In this document: in pieces, positions 62,208-64,000 of the stretch
How the letters are laid out: the number at the start of each line of letters is the position of its first letter
Numbering within the stretch: position 1 is the stretch's first letter
Source of the DNA: Euglena gracilis
Lineage: Eukaryota
NCBI GenBank assembly: GCA_039621445.1
Contig: CP154954.1
Location: forward strand, 47,657,847-47,721,846
Length of the DNA: 64,000 nucleotides
Reading direction: 5' to 3'
The notes under the pieces: model-generated
What the model saw: only the letters and a program-made list of their open reading frames with translations
What the model was told of the DNA's origin: nothing
Database searches by the model: none
Position numbers and translations under genes: made by a program

Positions 62208-62351
62208 AGCATCCGGGGCCGTCATCAAATGCATGATGGCTCAGAAGAACCTCAAACCATCGAGCCGCCCCCCGGTGGCTAAGAGGCCCTTCGGGGACGT
62301 GTTGGGGACCTCGCTGCCGGTTTCGAAGGCGGCCCGGACCTCGCCCGCGTC
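62208..62351 (+). CDS. RRM protein exon 4 (3' end uncertain)
   Basis: ASGAVIKCMMAQKNLKPSSRPPVAKRPFGDVLGTSLPVSKAART has RRM beta4 (equivalent to LRLEFAKAN) followed by a basic tail. Confidence 0.75.
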
Positions 62352-63370
62352 TCTCAGGCACAGCCACATTTGGGGGAGAATGCAGTTGAGTGGCAAGGAA
62401 TCCTGCATCTCTGTCATATGCTCACTGTGTTAAACATTGTCCATTGGTTGGAACGGCCCCCTTGGATAATGACCACCCATTGATAATTGTTCACTGAGGA
62501 AACTTTCACCAGTTTGAGAACATATTGACCACCTGCCAAAAATTCTGGAGGTAAAAATGCAGAGACTGAAAAAAGAAGGTCCTGTTGCATTCATTGTATA
62601 CATTTTTGGGACACCATTTTTTTTCACAGATTTGGGCAATTTTGGGCCACTTTGAACCTGCAAGAGCAAGTGTATGGTCTTTCGCATCTTTTGTCATTCT
62701 GGGCCAATTAAGGGTCATTTTGGGGGCCATTTTGGTTCATTTCGGTCATGTGGGACCTTTTGATGGCATGCTGACCCAGTTTTGACTGTATTGACCGTTT
62801 TGGTCAAGGAAATGATTTTTTTTGTCTTCTCGACCCTCATGTTCTCGACCCCCATTTGTAATGACCTCCTCGTTGTTATAAATGAGGGGGTTGGGTCGGC
62901 CTGCAGGTATTGGTTTTCTTTTCCCACCGTTTGCTTTCTTGTTATGTCGATGCGGGTGGCTGACAGGCAAAAAAGAAACAGCTGGATTTTTTGCACCTTG
63001 CCTGCCTGCTCCCAGGGGAAGCATTGATGGGGTTTAACTGCAGCCACTAAACTGTGTCCTCCCTGTAACTGAGTCCACCAAATATCTCCAGGCAGATTGC
63101 TTCAGGAAAGGTTGAATAATCCTTGAGCATTTACAGTTGGGGGAAATTGCCGTGAAAATCTATGGCCAGGATCAGGATTTCTTTCCCAATAGCCAGCAGC
63201 AAGAAACTTTTGCTTCCGGTTGTGATTGCTGTGGAAGACGGTCATTTTTTGCGTGCTTCCAAGCAGCCAGCATTTTTTCAAGAGGTGGTGCTGAAAGACG
63301 AAATTCTTGAGATGTGAATGCCCATTTAGCCTTTCAACAAACCACACCTGCAACCCAGTGAGCTCCAGCC

Positions 63371-63855
63371 CAGGCATTATTATTCATTTAAAACTTTTTA
63401 ATTTGAAATTACTTCAAATTAAAAAATTTGAAATTTTTTAAAACAAAAAAAATTCAAAAATTTTTTATGGTTTCTAAAGGCGTTTCTTTATTTTTTTTAA
63501 GGGTTTTTGAGGCATTTTCAAATTTTTAATAATTTTTAAGGCGTCTATTTGTCATGGGTGGTCAAAGAGCCATCTGGACATCGATCCAACGTCGGTCCAG
63601 GTTGAAAATCAAACCCATTTTTTTGAGTTTTCGGTAGACACACAATGTTCCAGTGATGCCAGAAATCATTCCCCCCGGGGTTTAACTTGCTCTGCGGAGA
63701 TATGCGACTTCTTTTTTGATCAAAAGATTTGAAAAATTTTCCAACACCAATTTTTTTTTTAAGTTTTTCTAAGGCATTTTGGTTCAAAAATTTTTAAGGT
63801 TTTTTGAAGTTTTTTTTTAAAGGTTTTTTAAGGTTCCTTAAGAAAATAATACCTG
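63371..63855. mobile_element. 485-bp hAT-like MITE with a perfect 8-bp TSD; probable nonconventional intron 63368-63860
   Basis: ctccagcc|CAGgcattatt ... aataatacCTG|ctccagcc. AT-rich interior related to 2380-2806. Removal gives an open frame V-S-S-S-L-P-G-P-G-Y-S-G. Confidence 0.75.
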
Positions 63856-63860
63856 CTCCA

Positions 63861-63886
63861 GCCTTCCTGGCCCGGGCTACTCTGGG
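63861..63886 (+). CDS. Tentative downstream micro-exon (LPGPGYSG), probably of the RRM gene
   Basis: GC-rich segment between the 63368-63860 element and a possible 61-nt intron at 63887-63947 (tcaCTGggtattt...aaatgatccCAGcagac). No homology support. Confidence 0.35.
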
Positions 63887-64000
63887 TCACTGGGTATTTA
63901 CGAGGAAAAAATTTGTTGATTGAATCCCAAAAATGATCCCAGCAGACCTTGTCCAAGAGGGCACTCATTTAATGCCCCCCCCCCCAACAAGACACCTTTT

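Noticed and set aside
62352-63367. Exact exon structure between RRM exon 4 and the 63368 element (for example a micro-exon at 63071-63085)
   Set aside because: Several CAG/CTG pairings are possible, all with weak stems and no homology to choose between them. It cannot be resolved without RNA data.

Overview
Repeat-saturated eukaryotic genomic DNA with many homopolymer runs. It is almost certainly from a euglenid (inferred from the intron type). Most of the window is nested non-autonomous DNA transposons (MITEs), short tandem arrays and long hairpins, and most ORF-track entries are noise. Real coding signal is limited to: (1) a + strand single-RRM gene (RBPMS/couch-potato-like) starting at 48259, which can be rebuilt across non-GT-AG, end-paired 'nonconventional' introns of about 7.0, 6.3 and 0.39 kb and includes a 20-nt micro-exon; (2) a decayed NAD(P) transhydrogenase fragment on the - strand that keeps a 91-nt end-paired intron; (3) a decayed DIRS-like tyrosine-recombinase retroelement whose single reading frame carries a C5-cytosine methyltransferase, an aspartic protease, RNase H and an N6-adenine methyltransferase; (4) hAT transposase remnants. 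The most striking pattern is a 485-bp CAG...CTG repeat-family element with a perfect 8-bp target-site duplication (63371-63855) that has exactly the geometry of the nonconventional introns (3 nt + 5 nt = one TSD copy). Two other introns show 6/8 and 5/8 TSD remnants, which suggests hAT-type MITEs are being turned into scarlessly spliced introns. All splice junctions were inferred by eye and need RNA confirmation.
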